DNA of 64,000 nucleotides from the human T2T-CHM13v2.0 reference genome, Homo sapiens: NCBI RefSeq assembly GCF_009914755.1, contig NC_060928.1. One strand, 5' to 3'. Positions within the stretch are counted from its first letter, which is position 1. Each line of letters starts with the position of its first letter. Of the stretch, positions 1 through 17,041 are shown in pieces. The notes beneath the pieces were generated by a model. It saw only the letters and a program-made list of their open reading frames with translations. It had not been told where the DNA came from and did not search any database. Position numbers and translations under genes: made by a program.

Positions 1-281
1 TCATGCTTTTTTCCAGTTACTGCTACCACTATTCTTATACCTATCCTCGTGGATTTTTTTCTGGTTATGTAGTATATGCAGTATACTCTATACTATTTGT
101 TTTTGGTTCATTTGGTGCAACATAATGTTATTGAGATCTATCTGTGTTCTTATATGTATCAGTAATTTTTTTGTTTCTGTTTTTGTTTTTTTAAATTGCC
201 ATGTGGTATGGTAGTCCGTGGTATAAATACAGTGCAATTTGTTGATCTTCTTCTGTTGGATATGAATATTTAGGTTATTTC

Positions 282-598
282 TTTTCTTTTCTTTTTTCTT
301 TCTTTCCTTTTTCTTTTTAAGCAGGTGCTTGCTCTGTCACCCAGGCTGGAGTGCAGCGGCGCACTCTCAGCTCACTGCAGCCTCGACCTCTTGAGCTTAG
401 GCAGTCCACCCACCTCAGCCCTCCCGAGTATCTGGGATCACAGACATGCGCCACCATGCCTGGCTAATTTTGTATTTTTGTAGAGATGGAGTTTTGCCAT
501 GTTGCCCGGGCTTGTCTCAAACTCCTGGGCTCAAGTGATCCACCCACCTCAGCGTCCCCAAGTTCTGGGATTACAGGCATGCACCATGGCACCCAACC
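282..598 (-). mobile_element. Alu (J-like) inside an old L1M remnant
   Basis: Alu dimer; TSD TATTTAGGTTATTTC at 267-281 and 599-613. Confidence 0.92.
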
Positions 599-1109
599 TA
601 TTTAGGTTATTTCCAGTGTTTGGCTATTAAGATAAAACTATGAACATTCTTACCCAAGTCCTTTTGCCAACATAAGCGCTCATATCTCATGATTATATTC
701 TTAAGGGTAGAATTGCTGGGATAGATTAGGCATATGTTTCCTCCATTTAGTCATGGGACATTGCCCTTAAACCATTCAGTGGATATTAAACATTCACTGT
801 GTCTAAGCAATAACCAAAATTATATCCTTTCCATGCAATGCAAAAAGTCTTCCATATTAATGTGTATTGTATATGAACTAGCAATGAAGATCTATCCACT
901 GCTCAGTAAAGTAAGTTATAGCATCATTTGGAGATTATAATCAATTCTGTCATTTGAGAACTAAGAACATAGTAGAAATTCCTTTAGAGTTGCATTCTGG
1001 GAAATCAAAAGTGAATACAGCACAGAATTACTGCTTTTTCTTCTGTATTTTTATGTATTTATTTTTTGTTTGTTTTAAAATGTTATATATTGTCTTTTAA
1101 ACTTTTTAG

Positions 1110-1214
<105 letters not shown>

Positions 1215-1770
1215 TAATACTGGAGACAACTGTATTTAACTTTATCATGTTTTATATAGGTAGAAGAGAGTGTGTGTAAGGGTGTGTGTCGGAGGGGTGT
1301 TGTGGTTTCTTAGTTTGTAGAGATGAATATTAATTTTATGGTCTCTTTATACTTTTCTCCTTTGTTTATATATGTGTGTTTGATTATATTGGCAGTCTTT
1401 TAAAAAGAACTCAAATGTAAGTCAGTTTTAAAATTTTAGACCAAGGACGATTTATGTTGGTTTCATAATACTTTTAGTTACTTTTAAAAGTGACTAAGAG
1501 AAAATGAGTACTTTTAAATGTAGAATTAAACAGATACGTAATTAATTCCTACACACATAACTGTTCCATTCTTTCTCAATTCGTTGGATGTAGAAGTTAG
1601 AATAAGAGAATATTTGTACATGTGAATGTAACAAAGAAAACCCCCTTCTCTTTAAATTGGAGGTTAATAATCAACTGTAAATATAATATTTGGTCATCTG
1701 CCCTTCATTTTGATGCCTCACAAAACCTCAAGATCATTTTACATAGGTTTCATAAGGAGTAATATTGTAA

Positions 1771-2109
<339 letters not shown>

Positions 2110-2230
2110 AGTATTTACTTTTTATAAAAGACTGATTTCTGAGTAGCACTTGTCAAAGTTTAGTGTTAATTTAACCATGTGAACATACCCTATTGTAGCA
2201 GATGCAAATAATGTCTCTTCTGTTCCATAG

Positions 2231-2290
2231 ATAACTGGTTAAGGGAAGTTAATTTATGGTGCCCTACTTTGAAGGTCCTCTGTTACTATG
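2231..2290 (+). CDS. SMARCAD1: SMARCAD1 exon, (D)[19 protein letters not shown](G)
   Basis: ccatag acceptor, gtaaga donor, phase 1-1. Confidence 0.96.
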
Positions 2291-2382
2291 GTAAGAATAT
2301 GTCATTCTGCTTTTAACTTTGGAAATTAAAAATAAAGTACAGCACAATAAATAGTCATGTGTTTATTGTTTTTAAATTCTAG

Positions 2383-2458
2383 GTTCTCAAGAAGAACGTA
2401 AACAAATTAGATTTAACATTCATAGTAGATATGAAGATTACAATGTAATTGTGACCAC
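2383..2458 (+). CDS. SMARCAD1: SMARCAD1 exon, SQEERKQIRFNIHSRYEDYNVIVT(T)
   Basis: ttctag acceptor, gtaagt donor after a 92-nt intron. Confidence 0.96.
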
Positions 2459-3292
2459 GTAAGTATTGAGAAATTTGGGGAGGATGGATATTTATGCAGC
2501 CCCCAAATTTAAAAAAGAAATTGTAGTAGTACTATGTAGGAAAGTTTATGCTGTTAACTGTGATACGAAAGTAATAGAATGACTAATGTTGAGGATTCAG
2601 GCATTTTTTAGTTTGGTGTGTAATACCCATATAGGAGGTTTTTGTTAGTGAATCACCTCATTAATGGTGACTATAAAAAGGTTTTGCCTAGTTATTGAAA
2701 AAAGTCGTCTTGTAATAGTAATTTCTCAGTTAAGCTTAAAGTAAAATTTGAGATATCCCACCAAAATTATTTATATTTTTAACTTACAAATAAGTATCTG
2801 TAATAAATACAATGAAATTTCATTTTCTCAATGAAAAATTTGAGTTAGGGCAGAAATAAAAATGAAAAATAATACTAATAATACTACTTGGTAATAATTG
2901 ATGTAAATATCTTGCACAGAACTTAATGCTCTTGTGTTACATTAGTTGATTTATTTAAAGTTCTATTTTAACTGTAGTTATTATTTCTCTCTACTGGCTT
3001 CTTGTGTAGGAGTCTGTCCTTTAAAAATTCATGCGGAATTTTATTTTTTCTTAATAAAACAGGCTCCATATGCAGTCTCAAGCTGCTAGCTATTAACTAT
3101 TATTTCTTGGATCTAATCTGCTAGTTTAATAAAATATTAAGTTTTAAAGAGAAACATGTTTTAGCTTCACGTTCTTTTTTGTGCTTATTAAAATATAACA
3201 CTTCATGGAGCAGATTACTTACAAGTTATACCCAAATTGACCCCCTCCTGGGTATGTAGAAGTTGTCCGATTGTAACATTAACATTTTCTTT

Positions 3293-3608
3293 TATTTTAT
3301 TTTATTTTATTTTTTTTTTTTTTTTTGAGACGGAGTCTCACTCTGTCCCCCAGGCTAGAGTGCAGTGGCGCGATCTCAGCTTACTGCAACCTCTTGCCTC
3401 CCGGGTTCACGCCATTCTCCTGCCTCAGCCTCCTGAATAGCTGGGACTACAGGCGCCCACCACCACACCCGGCTAATTTTTTATATTTTTAGTAGAGACA
3501 GGGTTTCACCGTGTTAGCCAGGATGGTCTCGATCTTCTGACCTCGTGATCCGCCCGCCTCGGCCTCCAAAAGTGCTGGGATTACAGGTGTGAGCCACCGC
3601 TCCCAGCC
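3293..3608 (-). mobile_element. AluY-like
   Basis: Y diagnostics (cgggttcacgccattc, ttagccaggatgg); TSD TTAACATTTTCTTT. Confidence 0.92.
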
Positions 3609-3812
3609 TTTTAACATTTTCTTTCAATTATGTATTGCAGCTTTCATAGCTTGGTTACAGTGTACATCAATAATTATTAAATACAAGTACGTCAGTATTT
3701 ATTTGAGTATCACCCGTGTCTAGTGCTGTGCTTTAAGTACTGGCTGTTAGAAATGTGTAAATAAAAAATGATTTTATAAGACATTAAATTTCACTAGACT
3801 CCAAGCTCTTAA

Positions 3813-4001
<189 letters not shown>

Positions 4002-4107
4002 TAAAGTTTTCCAAATTACTGTAAAATTTAGATTACGTAATTTAATATATGTAGTATTTATTAGCAGAATCTGTATTATGTAGTTTAATATATGTAGTAT
4101 TCTGTGT

Positions 4108-4250
4108 TAGCAAGTTTTTTCTGTAAAAGGGAAGATAGTAAATATTTCACACTTTATGGACTAGATGGCCTCTGTCACGTATTCTTTGATTTTGTTTTTT
4201 AACAACCCTTTAAAAAATTATTAGGTCATAAGCCATAATTTACCTGTTCT
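4108..4250. mobile_element. MER58B-like hAT fragment
   Basis: agcaagttttttctgtaaaagg...atagtaaatattt resembles the recalled consensus. Confidence 0.55.
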
Positions 4251-4533
4251 ATATGTTAAACTATTTATAAATAATCTTTCATCATCTCATAAAGGTGATA
4301 CGAGGACACAAGTTACCTACTTATAAAAGAAGACCAATGGTTTTCGTATTCATTGCTGTTGATAATAGCGGACGTCAATTATTTAAATTACTATATCATT
4401 TATCACAGAATGTTAAATTATTAATAATGGTTTTAATTTATCTCTCCTCCCTTCACCTTTCACTGGGGAGGATAGACATGAAAGGAGTGGCTCTTTAAGA
4501 AAAAGCTAATATAAATTTTACCTTCATTCACAG

Positions 4534-4671
4534 GCAAATAACCGTTTGCTGCTCACAGGCACACCTGTACAGAACAATCTGTTAGAACTCATGTCGCTGT
4601 TGAATTTTGTTATGCCACACATGTTTAGTAGTAGCACCAGTGAAATACGAAGAATGTTTTCCTCTAAGACA
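4534..4671 (+). CDS. SMARCAD1: SMARCAD1 exon with motif III ([14 protein letters not shown])
   Basis: cacag acceptor, gtaagc donor, 138 nt; overlaps ORF 4546..4761. Confidence 0.97.
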
Positions 4672-5933
4672 GTAAGCATAAATGCATATTTTCTCCCAAA
4701 TATGTTATTTGTGTTTTATCTGGGCCATTCTTCTGTTAGGTCTCTTTTGTTGTTTTCATAGTGCATATGCTCTATGAAGTAACTTTAAGTAGGTGATAAC
4801 TCTATATTTGGATTGGTTTGGAAACCAGCCAAAATATAATGGGAAAGAAAATAGCAATTTCCCTAATCAATGGCCAGAAGTCTTGGTTAATATCCTAATT
4901 TTCTGAAGGATGACGATTTTAAATTGATGAAGAGCTCAGATATATAGTATGTGCGGAAAGTTTGATCATTACATCATCTGTATCAAAATTGGCTACGTAA
5001 ATTAGTAACATTTCTTTATGGGTAAACTATAAAACTAGACAAAGCTAGAATATCCAGAAAATGCCTATGCTGAGAAATATATTCTGAAATAAAAGTTCAT
5101 AAAACCAAAGTCACAACTAAAAGCGACAGTAAAGAAATCCTCTTCACAAGAAAAGTTTTGTTACTTCTTTATTGTTTAGGAAAAGTATAGTCTTCAAGAA
5201 CTCCCAGTTTTTTCAATACCGCAGTGTTTACACTGATTCTTGGCTCTCTTCCACATCACTAATCTTTTGCAAGAATTTTCTGTGATACTCGTCCACTGCA
5301 AATTAACTGCCTTTTAAACATTTACTAATTTGAATTCCCTCCCACTTAATGTACAGTGTTTTAAATGGCCTAGCAGATTTTATGAACCATTTTCTATCTT
5401 CAGTTCATAATATATGGAGGACTCCTTCACATCCTAGAATAAAATTCTACTTCTTAATTCTCCAGAGTCACCAGTTCTGACTAAGCACTATTCCCCATTT
5501 TTAGACCAAGTGATTTGCATCAGTCTGCACTAGCTTCCTTTTGGGGCCATTTTCCACAAAGAAATAAAGGATTTTCTACCCCCCACGCTCCTCCTTACCC
5601 ACACTTAGACACATTTTTCAATGAGAGTTATCTAGGTAATCGATACATGACTCATCAGTTGATGACTTCTGAACACCCATCTGGTACAGTTCAAATTGAT
5701 TACTTCAGTAGAGAACATGATTACGTATCATAAAACTTCAAAATACATATGGAGCTTCAAGAAGTACATGGCAGCCCAGAATTCAGATGTGAAGTGCCAT
5801 CTAGAATGAATCAAGTTTCTGCAGAAAATAACTCAGACTGTAATGAGGGAGATTTTTATGTTGTGTAATAATACTGTTATTGCAATAATTTAAGTGAATA
5901 ATTCCTAAAAGGATATGTTTTTATTTTGCTCAG

Positions 5934-6029
5934 AAATCAGCAGATGAGCAAAGCATATATGAAAAGGAGAGAATAGCACATGCAAAACAAATTATAAAGC
6001 CATTTATTCTCAGAAGAGTAAAAGAAGAG
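5934..6029 (+). CDS. SMARCAD1: SMARCAD1 exon, [32 protein letters not shown]
   Basis: ctcag/gtaatg; PFILRRxK SNF2 motif. Confidence 0.96.
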
Positions 6030-6094
6030 GTAATGCATATCTACATGTTTTTTATTTTTATTGTTTTTAAAACTTAGGTTTTTCTCTTTACTAG

Positions 6095-6253
<159 letters not shown>

Positions 6254-6433
6254 TGATTTTTACTCTTTTATGTGAAAAAGAATCTTGTACTGGGGATGCA
6301 TTTTGTTTAGTCATATAATGGGATTTGTGCATTTTAAAAAATTATCTGGAATTTGAGGAAATAATTTTAAAACTTAGTTGATATATTTCAACAGTTATCC
6401 GCTTGGTTTTATTTTTTACTGTGTTCTCTTTGA

Positions 6434-6595
<162 letters not shown>

Positions 6596-6678
6596 TAATA
6601 AGAGGTTAAGTTGTTAGGCTATAAGATTGGTGAACCCAATGGGCATACTAAACCTTTAACTACATATTTAAGAAAAAC

Positions 6679-6946
6679 TTTTTTTTTTCAGACCAGGTCT
6701 GGTTCTGTTGCCAAGGCAGGCAGTCTGGGCTCACTGCAACTTCTGCCTCCTAGGCTTAAGCCATCCTCCTGCGTTGGCCTGCTGAATAGCTGGGACTACA
6801 GGCACGCACCACCATGCCCGGCTAATTTTTTTGTACGGATGGGGTTTTGCCATGTTGCCCAGGCTGGTCTTGAACTCCTGAGCTCAAGCGATTCGCCCGC
6901 CTTGGCCTCCCAAAGTGCTGGAATTACAGGCATCAGTCACTGCACT
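6679..6946 (-). mobile_element. Alu (J-like, degraded)
   Basis: Alu dimer motifs. Confidence 0.88.
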
Positions 6947-7027
6947 GAAACACGAAAAACACATTTTAGACTAAGTTCAAAATGATCTGGGGGACATAAA
7001 AACAAAGAAGGACTGATAACCTACATT

Positions 7028-7230
7028 ATAAGTCAGCAAACTATGGCCTTACGGCAGTGACTATTTTTATAAATAAGGTTTTACTATAACACAGTCATGC
7101 CTGTTTTTGTTTTCTGGGACTGCTTTCTCACTACAGGGGCAGAGTTGAGTACTTGCCTTACAGGTCATTTTGCCTACAAAGCCTAAAATATGATCTGGCC
7201 CTTTACAGGAACAGTTTGCTAACTCCTAGT
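7028..7230. mobile_element. MER58A-like hAT MITE
   Basis: TIR-like gtcagcaaact...agtttgctaac; typical internal text. Confidence 0.7.
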
Positions 7231-7374
7231 CTAGACTTCCATAATGCACTTCTTTTTCATTTTATTTCTTTATAATTTTAGCAATTACTCTTTATTTTTG
7301 CCTCTTTCTCCTTTAACATTTTAACCTTATTTATCCTTACTGATCTTTGGTTGAAAGCAACCCATTTTCTTCCT

Positions 7375-7676
7375 TTTCTTTACTTTTTTTTTTGAGATAG
7401 ACTTTTGCTCTTGTCGCCCAGGCTGGAGTGCGACAGCATGATCTCTGCTCACTGCACCCTCCGCCTCCCAGGTTCAAGTGATTGTCCTGCCTCAGCATCC
7501 TGAGTAGCTGGGATTACAGGCACCTACCACTACGCCCAGCTAATTTTTGTATTTTTAGTAGAGATGGGGTTTCACCACGTTGGCCAGGCTGGTCTCGAAC
7601 TCCTGACCTTAGGTGATTTACCCACCTCGGCTTCCCAAAGTGCTGGGATTATAGGCGTGAGCCACTGCACCTGACC
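7375..7676 (-). mobile_element. Alu (S-like)
   Basis: Alu dimer. Confidence 0.92.
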
Positions 7677-8025
7677 AACCCATTTCTTTTTAAATTTTTT
7701 TTTATTATTTTAAACTTATGGAGAATTTCAAACATTTATAAAAGTAGAATTGCATAATGAAACTGCCCATATGTTACTTCACCCCTTTGAAAGTTACCAT
7801 TTGATAATAACACCACCCTTGTTTCATCTATACCCCAGACTTCTCCCCAGGGTTATTTTGAACCAAGTTCTAGATGTTATTTCATCTGTAAATATTTTAG
7901 TATGTTATCTCTCAAACAGTAAGGACTTCTCCCCCTTTATTATACCTAAAAGATTAATACTAATTTTCCTTGATAAGTCTGTTACACTAAAAGGTTCTAT
8001 GATTTAGATATTTTATCAGGTATAA

Positions 8026-8337
<312 letters not shown>

Positions 8338-8958
8338 TAACTTCTTAAAGCAATTCTGGCACACTGACTTGCTTGAATTAGCCTATGTCTGTTCTGCATT
8401 CTTCCAGAACTTAGTGTTTTGAACATTTTCTTGACGTATTTTCTTGATTACCTCCTTTCCTCTGTTGAACCTCAGACAAAAACAATAGAAAGTAGACTGT
8501 ATCTGTATTGATGTTTTAAAAAAATCTTAATTGTCATTATTTCATAGGTGACAATCTGTATGTGTGCTTCAAAATTAGTTTTTAAAGACACTATTTGTTA
8601 GTTATTTAAGTAATGCTGCCGTTTATGTGTGAAATAGCCTAAATTTGTAAAATCACAGTCCAGATAATACATACATAAGCAGTTGTCCACATTTTCCGAC
8701 GTTTTTCTTATGAAAAGGAAGTAATTTAACTGTTCTTAAAATCAAAACTGAGAGCTAGCTTTTAGCCCTGAAGTTAAGGCAGTTTATTCATATATAGGCT
8801 GCAATAAGACATACGTCTTCGGTATTACTGATTTGTATTAAAGAAGCAATTTATCACAGAGAATTTTCTGCAAATTTATCAACATGATATAAGTAACACT
8901 TCTAACTGTTTAAACCTGTCAAGGCTTTGAGTAGTAAAACGATTTTTTCTATTTCTAA

Positions 8959-9105
<147 letters not shown>

Positions 9106-9246
9106 TAATTCATGTTAGTTACAAAAAAATAACTCATTTATTATTATTGTTAGGATTTTAATTGTCTAACAAACAATTGATAGTATTTTGTTGTTTTTAT
9201 GTTTGATTACTTCAAATCATTACCTTAAAATAAGAGTAATTTCAAT

Positions 9247-9906
<660 letters not shown>

Positions 9907-10564
9907 GCAAATACGTTTTGAAACAGCTATTAGAATTGTATTTTTTATGGTTTTCACCTTTAAATTTTTTTCAAAGTCTAAAACACCTTATCTTTCATCA
10001 AGATTGTTTTAAAATCTTTCACATTTTAAGGGTAATTAAAGTTTTTTTAATTCCCAAAGGTTGTAAAGATTGAGCTTAGTAAAGAAGGGATTGTCTTAAT
10101 AAGGACGGAATTGTGTAGTATGTTTAAATTGCATTATATATTTTGATTTATTTTTTTTCTGTTGGCCAGAGTGGTTTTTTCCCACCCGCATTAGACTAAA
10201 GGTAAAAGTAATGTTTTTTTTTTTTAAAGAAGAGAATCCACTTACACAATTTGATCATGAAGTCCTTGATTCATCAGAAATGTTGTCTGCCAGTAGGAGC
10301 CGATATACTTCTGAGAAGGTTAAAGATTGAAAAGCCATACACAGAATTTAGCTAAGCCACAAGTTTAAAAAGGACAAAATAGTCATTTAGGAATTAATTG
10401 AATCTGAATAGTTGAATTGAAGTAAGAGTTGGTAGGGGTAGCAATATCGTAGAAAAGAAGTTGGGGAATTGAGGAGGCTCTTCAGTGATATAGCCAGAGG
10501 AGAAATAACTGCAATACTAAGAGATGTACATACATCTTCAGGTTTCTTTTTCATGTGATAATGA

Positions 10565-10816
<252 letters not shown>

Positions 10817-11055
10817 TAAGTGTTTTTAGTTGGAATGTATTTTTAATTCAGTGCCACTTTAATTTGTGTAGACCATTAGAATATAGTGTTGGATGTCCTG
10901 CCTTAGTTTTTGTTTTTTCGGCAAAGCATGGCTACTGATGTATTTTATACCAGCAGTGTTGAACATCAACTGCACTACGTAACCCTTCCATTTTCTAGTA
11001 ATTATCCACCCACATTCCAAATAGTTCTGCAGTTCATGAAGTATTAACAATTGAC

Positions 11056-11357
11056 GGCCGGGCGCCGTGGCTCACGCCTGTAATCCCAGCACTTTGGGAG
11101 ACTGAGGCGGGCGGATCATGAGTTCAGGAGATCGAGACCATCCTGGTTAACAGGGTGAAACCCCGTCTCTATTAAAAATACAAAAAATTAGCCGGGCATG
11201 GTGGCGGGTGCCTGTAGTCCCAGCTACTAGGGAGGCTGAGGCAGGAGAACGGCGTGAACCTGGGAGGCAGAGCTTGCAGTGAGCCGAGATCACCACCACT
11301 GCACTCCAGCCTGGGCGACAGAGCAAGACTCCATCTCAAAACAAACAAACAAAAAAA
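11056..11357 (+). mobile_element. AluY-like
   Basis: Alu dimer with Y diagnostics. Confidence 0.93.
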
Positions 11358-11551
11358 TTGTCTACCCCTTTGAAAAAGATGAGTAATTAAAAAAACTTGC
11401 TTGTTAGATCAGTTAAGTCCCAGACAAACTTGGTAATATACAAACTTGCTGGGCTGTCCTGTTACCCTTTAGGAAGTAAATTGAGTTGTAAATTATTTTA
11501 GATGAATGGTACATTTTGACATTGGTCACAGCACTGTAAAGAGGTGAAGAT

Positions 11552-12243
<692 letters not shown>

Positions 12244-12408
12244 AGTAATTTACTTTAAATACAAATATCTTTCTCTTTTCTTCCATCTGTAGGAGTGTCT
12301 AAAAGTTAAATAGTCAGAAAATGTCAGTCTCAAGTGGCTTAAATAAAAGAATTTAAGGATATGTTTGTCGTAATTTTCAAAGTATTCTTTTTGAACTCTT
12401 AAATATAG

Positions 12409-12696
<288 letters not shown>

Positions 12697-14363
12697 TGAT
12701 GTGGGAGAAGGTAAGCATGTTTATTTCAAAATACTAAAATAATTTTTTTGAAGTTTCTTAAGTTCAAAATTTTTATTTTTGTATATGTTTTTGAAAAGAA
12801 TATGTTCAAAACTCAGAAATGAAAGAACAGACGCCTCCTAGTCGCCCCATCTCCCAACTTCCCCAATAGAGGTGACAAGTGTTAGCCTTTTGTTTTTGTG
12901 TGTGTGTGACCAGTTATTTTATGTGTATAAAAATAAACACGTGTTCTTTCTTTTATGGGAGAAAGGGTGCATGTCAACTTACGATACACTCTTCTGCATC
13001 TTTTCTTATTTAATGTTAAATTAATTGGAAATAAGCAAGTTTTTTCATTCTAATTCCTAATATTGATAATTGTTCATTTTAATTTAGCAAATTTCTGTTC
13101 ATGACAGACACTGTTATGTCTGTGTTATATTAGGCACTCTGTTCTGTAAAAATCAATATACTTTAATCTGTCTACAGCGAGAGAGAAGTGCGTATGATCA
13201 AATAATTACTTGTCTTTCTTGCGTAGCATTTATTTCAGGGTGCTGTGGAAGCTTGGGGAGGTGGGCGGTAGAGAAAGTTTGAGTAAGAAGCAACTGAGAT
13301 CTTTAAGAGTAAGGATAAGTAGAGTGATCATAGTTAAACAATTAGCAGTCATTACTAGGCTTTGTGTGCATGTGGCAACTTGCCAGTTTCAGGTTGTCCA
13401 GGAAATACAGTAAAGTGAATGCATAAGGCAGATTCTCTTTGGGCAATGTTTTCCTTATTATTTTGGTAGGGCAGCTTTTAGAATTTAGTAAAGCATTTAA
13501 ATTCTTTTTCAGCAATACTAGCAAATATCCAAATATATGGATTTTATTCTAACAAGTTTCTAAATATAATAGAACCATAATAGTTGATAAAATTAACTAT
13601 AAGTCTTTTCTTATGGGCTAGTTCATTTCCTCAGAGGGAAATTTTTCAACCTCCTGTGAAGTGAAGAGAGGTAGGGAGAGAGGTGGTATGAGAATGGCCC
13701 TGAGAAATGAAGGAGGGAGGTTTGTTCTCTTATTTAAATATTAATAGTTAATCTGCCTGTTTTCAGCAGCCTCTTTCTTCTCTTCTATGACAAGTCCAGA
13801 GTTCCTCAGACTCATGTTCTCCAAAGAGAATAAACCTTCAGTTTTATACATTTGGAGCAAATGGCTGGCTCTCTTGGGCAAGCTTTAGACATCTTACCTG
13901 TTCAAGCTGATTATAACTTCATGTTTCCCATTTACCCCCATTTCCTGAGCTTTGAAGGTAGAAGGGTAAGGATTCTGGGTGTGAACTAGCCTTGCATTTC
14001 CCACCTGCAGACACTTAAGCTTTTACTTTATTATCGAAAATCACTTTCCATTCTTTCATCGTTTTCTTTCAAAAGTTGTAGACAACTCTCTGTCTGCTGT
14101 TGTCTTTTTCTCCTATTCTTTCTCCTTTGTCTAATTCCCTTACACTTTTTTCTCCCATCGTATTTTAATGGTATTATGGGTGATGGGAACAGAGGTGATG
14201 TGTATGTTTGATCATTTTCAGTCATAATGTAAATTATTTGTATTTGTATAAATTTGGTCAGTCTAAAATTTTGCCTGTTATGTTCACCTACATTGTCTGT
14301 TAAAATAGCAGTGTATTTTTAGCTGTGCTCTCAAGCCAATAGCTTTGAAGTGTTTAGTTATGA

Positions 14364-14626
<263 letters not shown>

Positions 14627-15019
14627 TCTCCTTACCACTTTTCCTAGAAGTTTTCCTCTATCTTGTTAAAGCTGTTTATATGTGTTTTTCCCAGTGTGTA
14701 TTTTATTTGCTAGAATAAGGATGTAATGGCGTCTCTTATTTACTCGTTTAGCTGTAATCATTTGTCTTCAGCTGTGTCCCGGGTTTCATTTAGGTAATTT
14801 TGACACTGGACTGATGATAATACATGTATGCCCTTCTTTCCATCTCTCACAGTGAGGTCCTTTTCCTCTATAAACAAAAATGTATATTTGTAATTGACTA
14901 TGTATTGCTTTTTGTTACCAATCTGTTTGTCCCCTCTTACATGAAACTATGAAAGGTAAAGACCATGATTCCTCTCAAATATGCTTATCAGATTTTTGTG
15001 TTCCTAGAGCTTGCCTTAG

Positions 15020-15201
15020 TTGTTACCAGAGTACCAGCAGCAGGAGCAGCATCTCCTAAGAAATTGGCAGTTTGAAATGCAAATTCCCAAGCCCCATTCT
15101 ATACCTACTTAGTCAAAAACTCTGGCGATGGCACCTAATAATACTTGGTTTAACAGGCTATTGAAGTGATTCTGATAAAGCTAAAATCAGAGAACCACTG
15201 C
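15020..15201. mobile_element. MER5A-like hAT MITE
   Basis: ccagcagca..catc..aaatgcaaattc..gagaaccactg. Confidence 0.7.
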
Positions 15202-15378
15202 TTTAAAATAAAGATTGTGTTTGGGTTTTTTTTCATTAACTTCCCTTAATGTATTAATTGTATTAATACATTTTTTACCTTTTGGAACTTTAAAAATATA
15301 TATATATTACCACAATCATGACTACATACTTTTTGAATTTTTTTATTACAGAAATAGTCATACAAAAATGAAAGCAGT

Positions 15379-15500
15379 GGCTGGGCGTGTGGTTCATGCT
15401 TATAATGCCAGCACTTGGGGAGACAGGCGGGAGGATCGTTTGAGCCCAGGAGTTCAAAACCAGCCTGGGCAACATAGCAAGACTCCATCTCTATTAAAAT
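15379..15500 (+). mobile_element. Alu left monomer (FLAM-like)
   Basis: Single Alu arm. Confidence 0.8.
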
Positions 15501-16979
15501 ATATATATATTTTTTTAATTGTTGAAAGTATAGTATGAATGAAAAATACAGCGATTTAACAGTTGTGACATTTGCAGTGTTTGTTTTTTCTACTTCTTTT
15601 TTCCCATTGATCCATAATAAAGTCAATTGTAAACATGGCAATTTATTTTCAATATCACAGCATATTCCTCAAAGTTGGTACAATACCATTGTAGCATCTA
15701 AGAAAATAAACAGTAATTTTCAGACATTATCATATATTATTCATATCCAGATTTCTCTCATTTGTCCCCTTAATGTCTTTTATAGCTTTCCTTAAAACAC
15801 TAGGGTCCAAAGTTCACACACAGCATTTTATTGTATTCTGTCTTTAGTATCTTCAAGTTTAAAAGAATCTCCTTATTCTTTTCCTTCTTTTCTCTTCTCC
15901 CTGCATTCTTCCTAACATAGTATCAGTTTATATAGTAATTTATGAAGTGTCAATTTGGATTTTATGGGCTATTTTCAAGTCTGTGGATGAGCTTGGAAGC
16001 AAGGATGTCAGTGAACTGACATCCCTAAGAGTTGATGTACTATTTTGTGTTCCTGTGGATATATGTGTTTTGTTTTGTTTTTTGTTTTTTTAACAGAGAA
16101 AAGAAGAGTGGATGAAAGTACTCATAATTTTAGATTATAGCTGAGGTGTATATTTGTGAGAGAGGGGAGGAGGAGAGAAGTGGTTAGTTTTGCTACATTT
16201 CAGCCACATCTAATTTATAAAATTATTCATAGTTACAGATCTATCACAGATCAGCAAATATTTGAATTGCCACCTGTGCTGTTGTCACTAACTAGTAAAT
16301 TAATCAACTCATCTCAAAATATTCTCAGTGCTAAATTGAATTAATCAGGGATGGCTAGATTATCTGCCACTGTGACACAAAGAGATTTAGAAAATCTCAA
16401 ATAATTCCTGTAAGTGCTTATACTGGGGCCTCATTTAATTAAAATATAGGGCAAACATTGGATAAACCAGGTAATTTAAAGTGGCTAATTTAATCATCAG
16501 CTGGTATGCTGTGCTCAGAATGTTGTTTATATGTATACAGTGTGGGTCTGAGTCAGTGATTATATCTTTAGATGAAAAATAAGAATATAGATTGGTTTTC
16601 GTTGGTTTAGGTTTGGGTTTGTTATCCTTGTTTTCCCTACTCCATTTCTTACATAAATGTTTTTTATTTAGCAAATGTGAGAAGTTAAGTACCATGAATT
16701 AGATACGATCCAGTGTATTACCGTGTATTTTTATATAGCTTTATAAAATTGGAAAAATAACCTTAGATTGCTATGTTGGCAATATGAACAAGAACATAGA
16801 GGAAATAGCCCTAATCTAAGTAGAGCTTAGGAAAGTTTTTAACAGGGGTGAGTGACACTGAAGCAAACTAGCCCTTGAAAGATGAGTAAGAATTCACCAA
16901 AGAAAAAAAATAATTGAGACAATTTTTTTTTAAGTAAAATATTTTTATAAAGCTTTTAATGCTACTTTCTGACCTACAG

Positions 16980-17041
16980 GTGATGAAGGGAGTATGCCAG
17001 CAGATATAGCCACATTACTAAAAACATCAATGGGCCTGTGA
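16980..17041 (+). CDS. SMARCAD1: SMARCAD1 last coding segment, GDEGSMPADIATLLKTSMGL-stop
   Basis: ctacag acceptor; TGA at 17039-17041; matches recalled human C-terminus. Confidence 0.96.

Noticed and set aside
4041-4101. 18-nt direct repeat TTTAATATATGTAGTATT (also a 21-nt repeat at 56145/56171)
   Set aside because: Ordinary local slippage duplications in AT-rich intron
5640-5730. TGATGA...CTGA as an intronic C/D snoRNA
   Set aside because: Boxes only a few nt apart, no terminal stem
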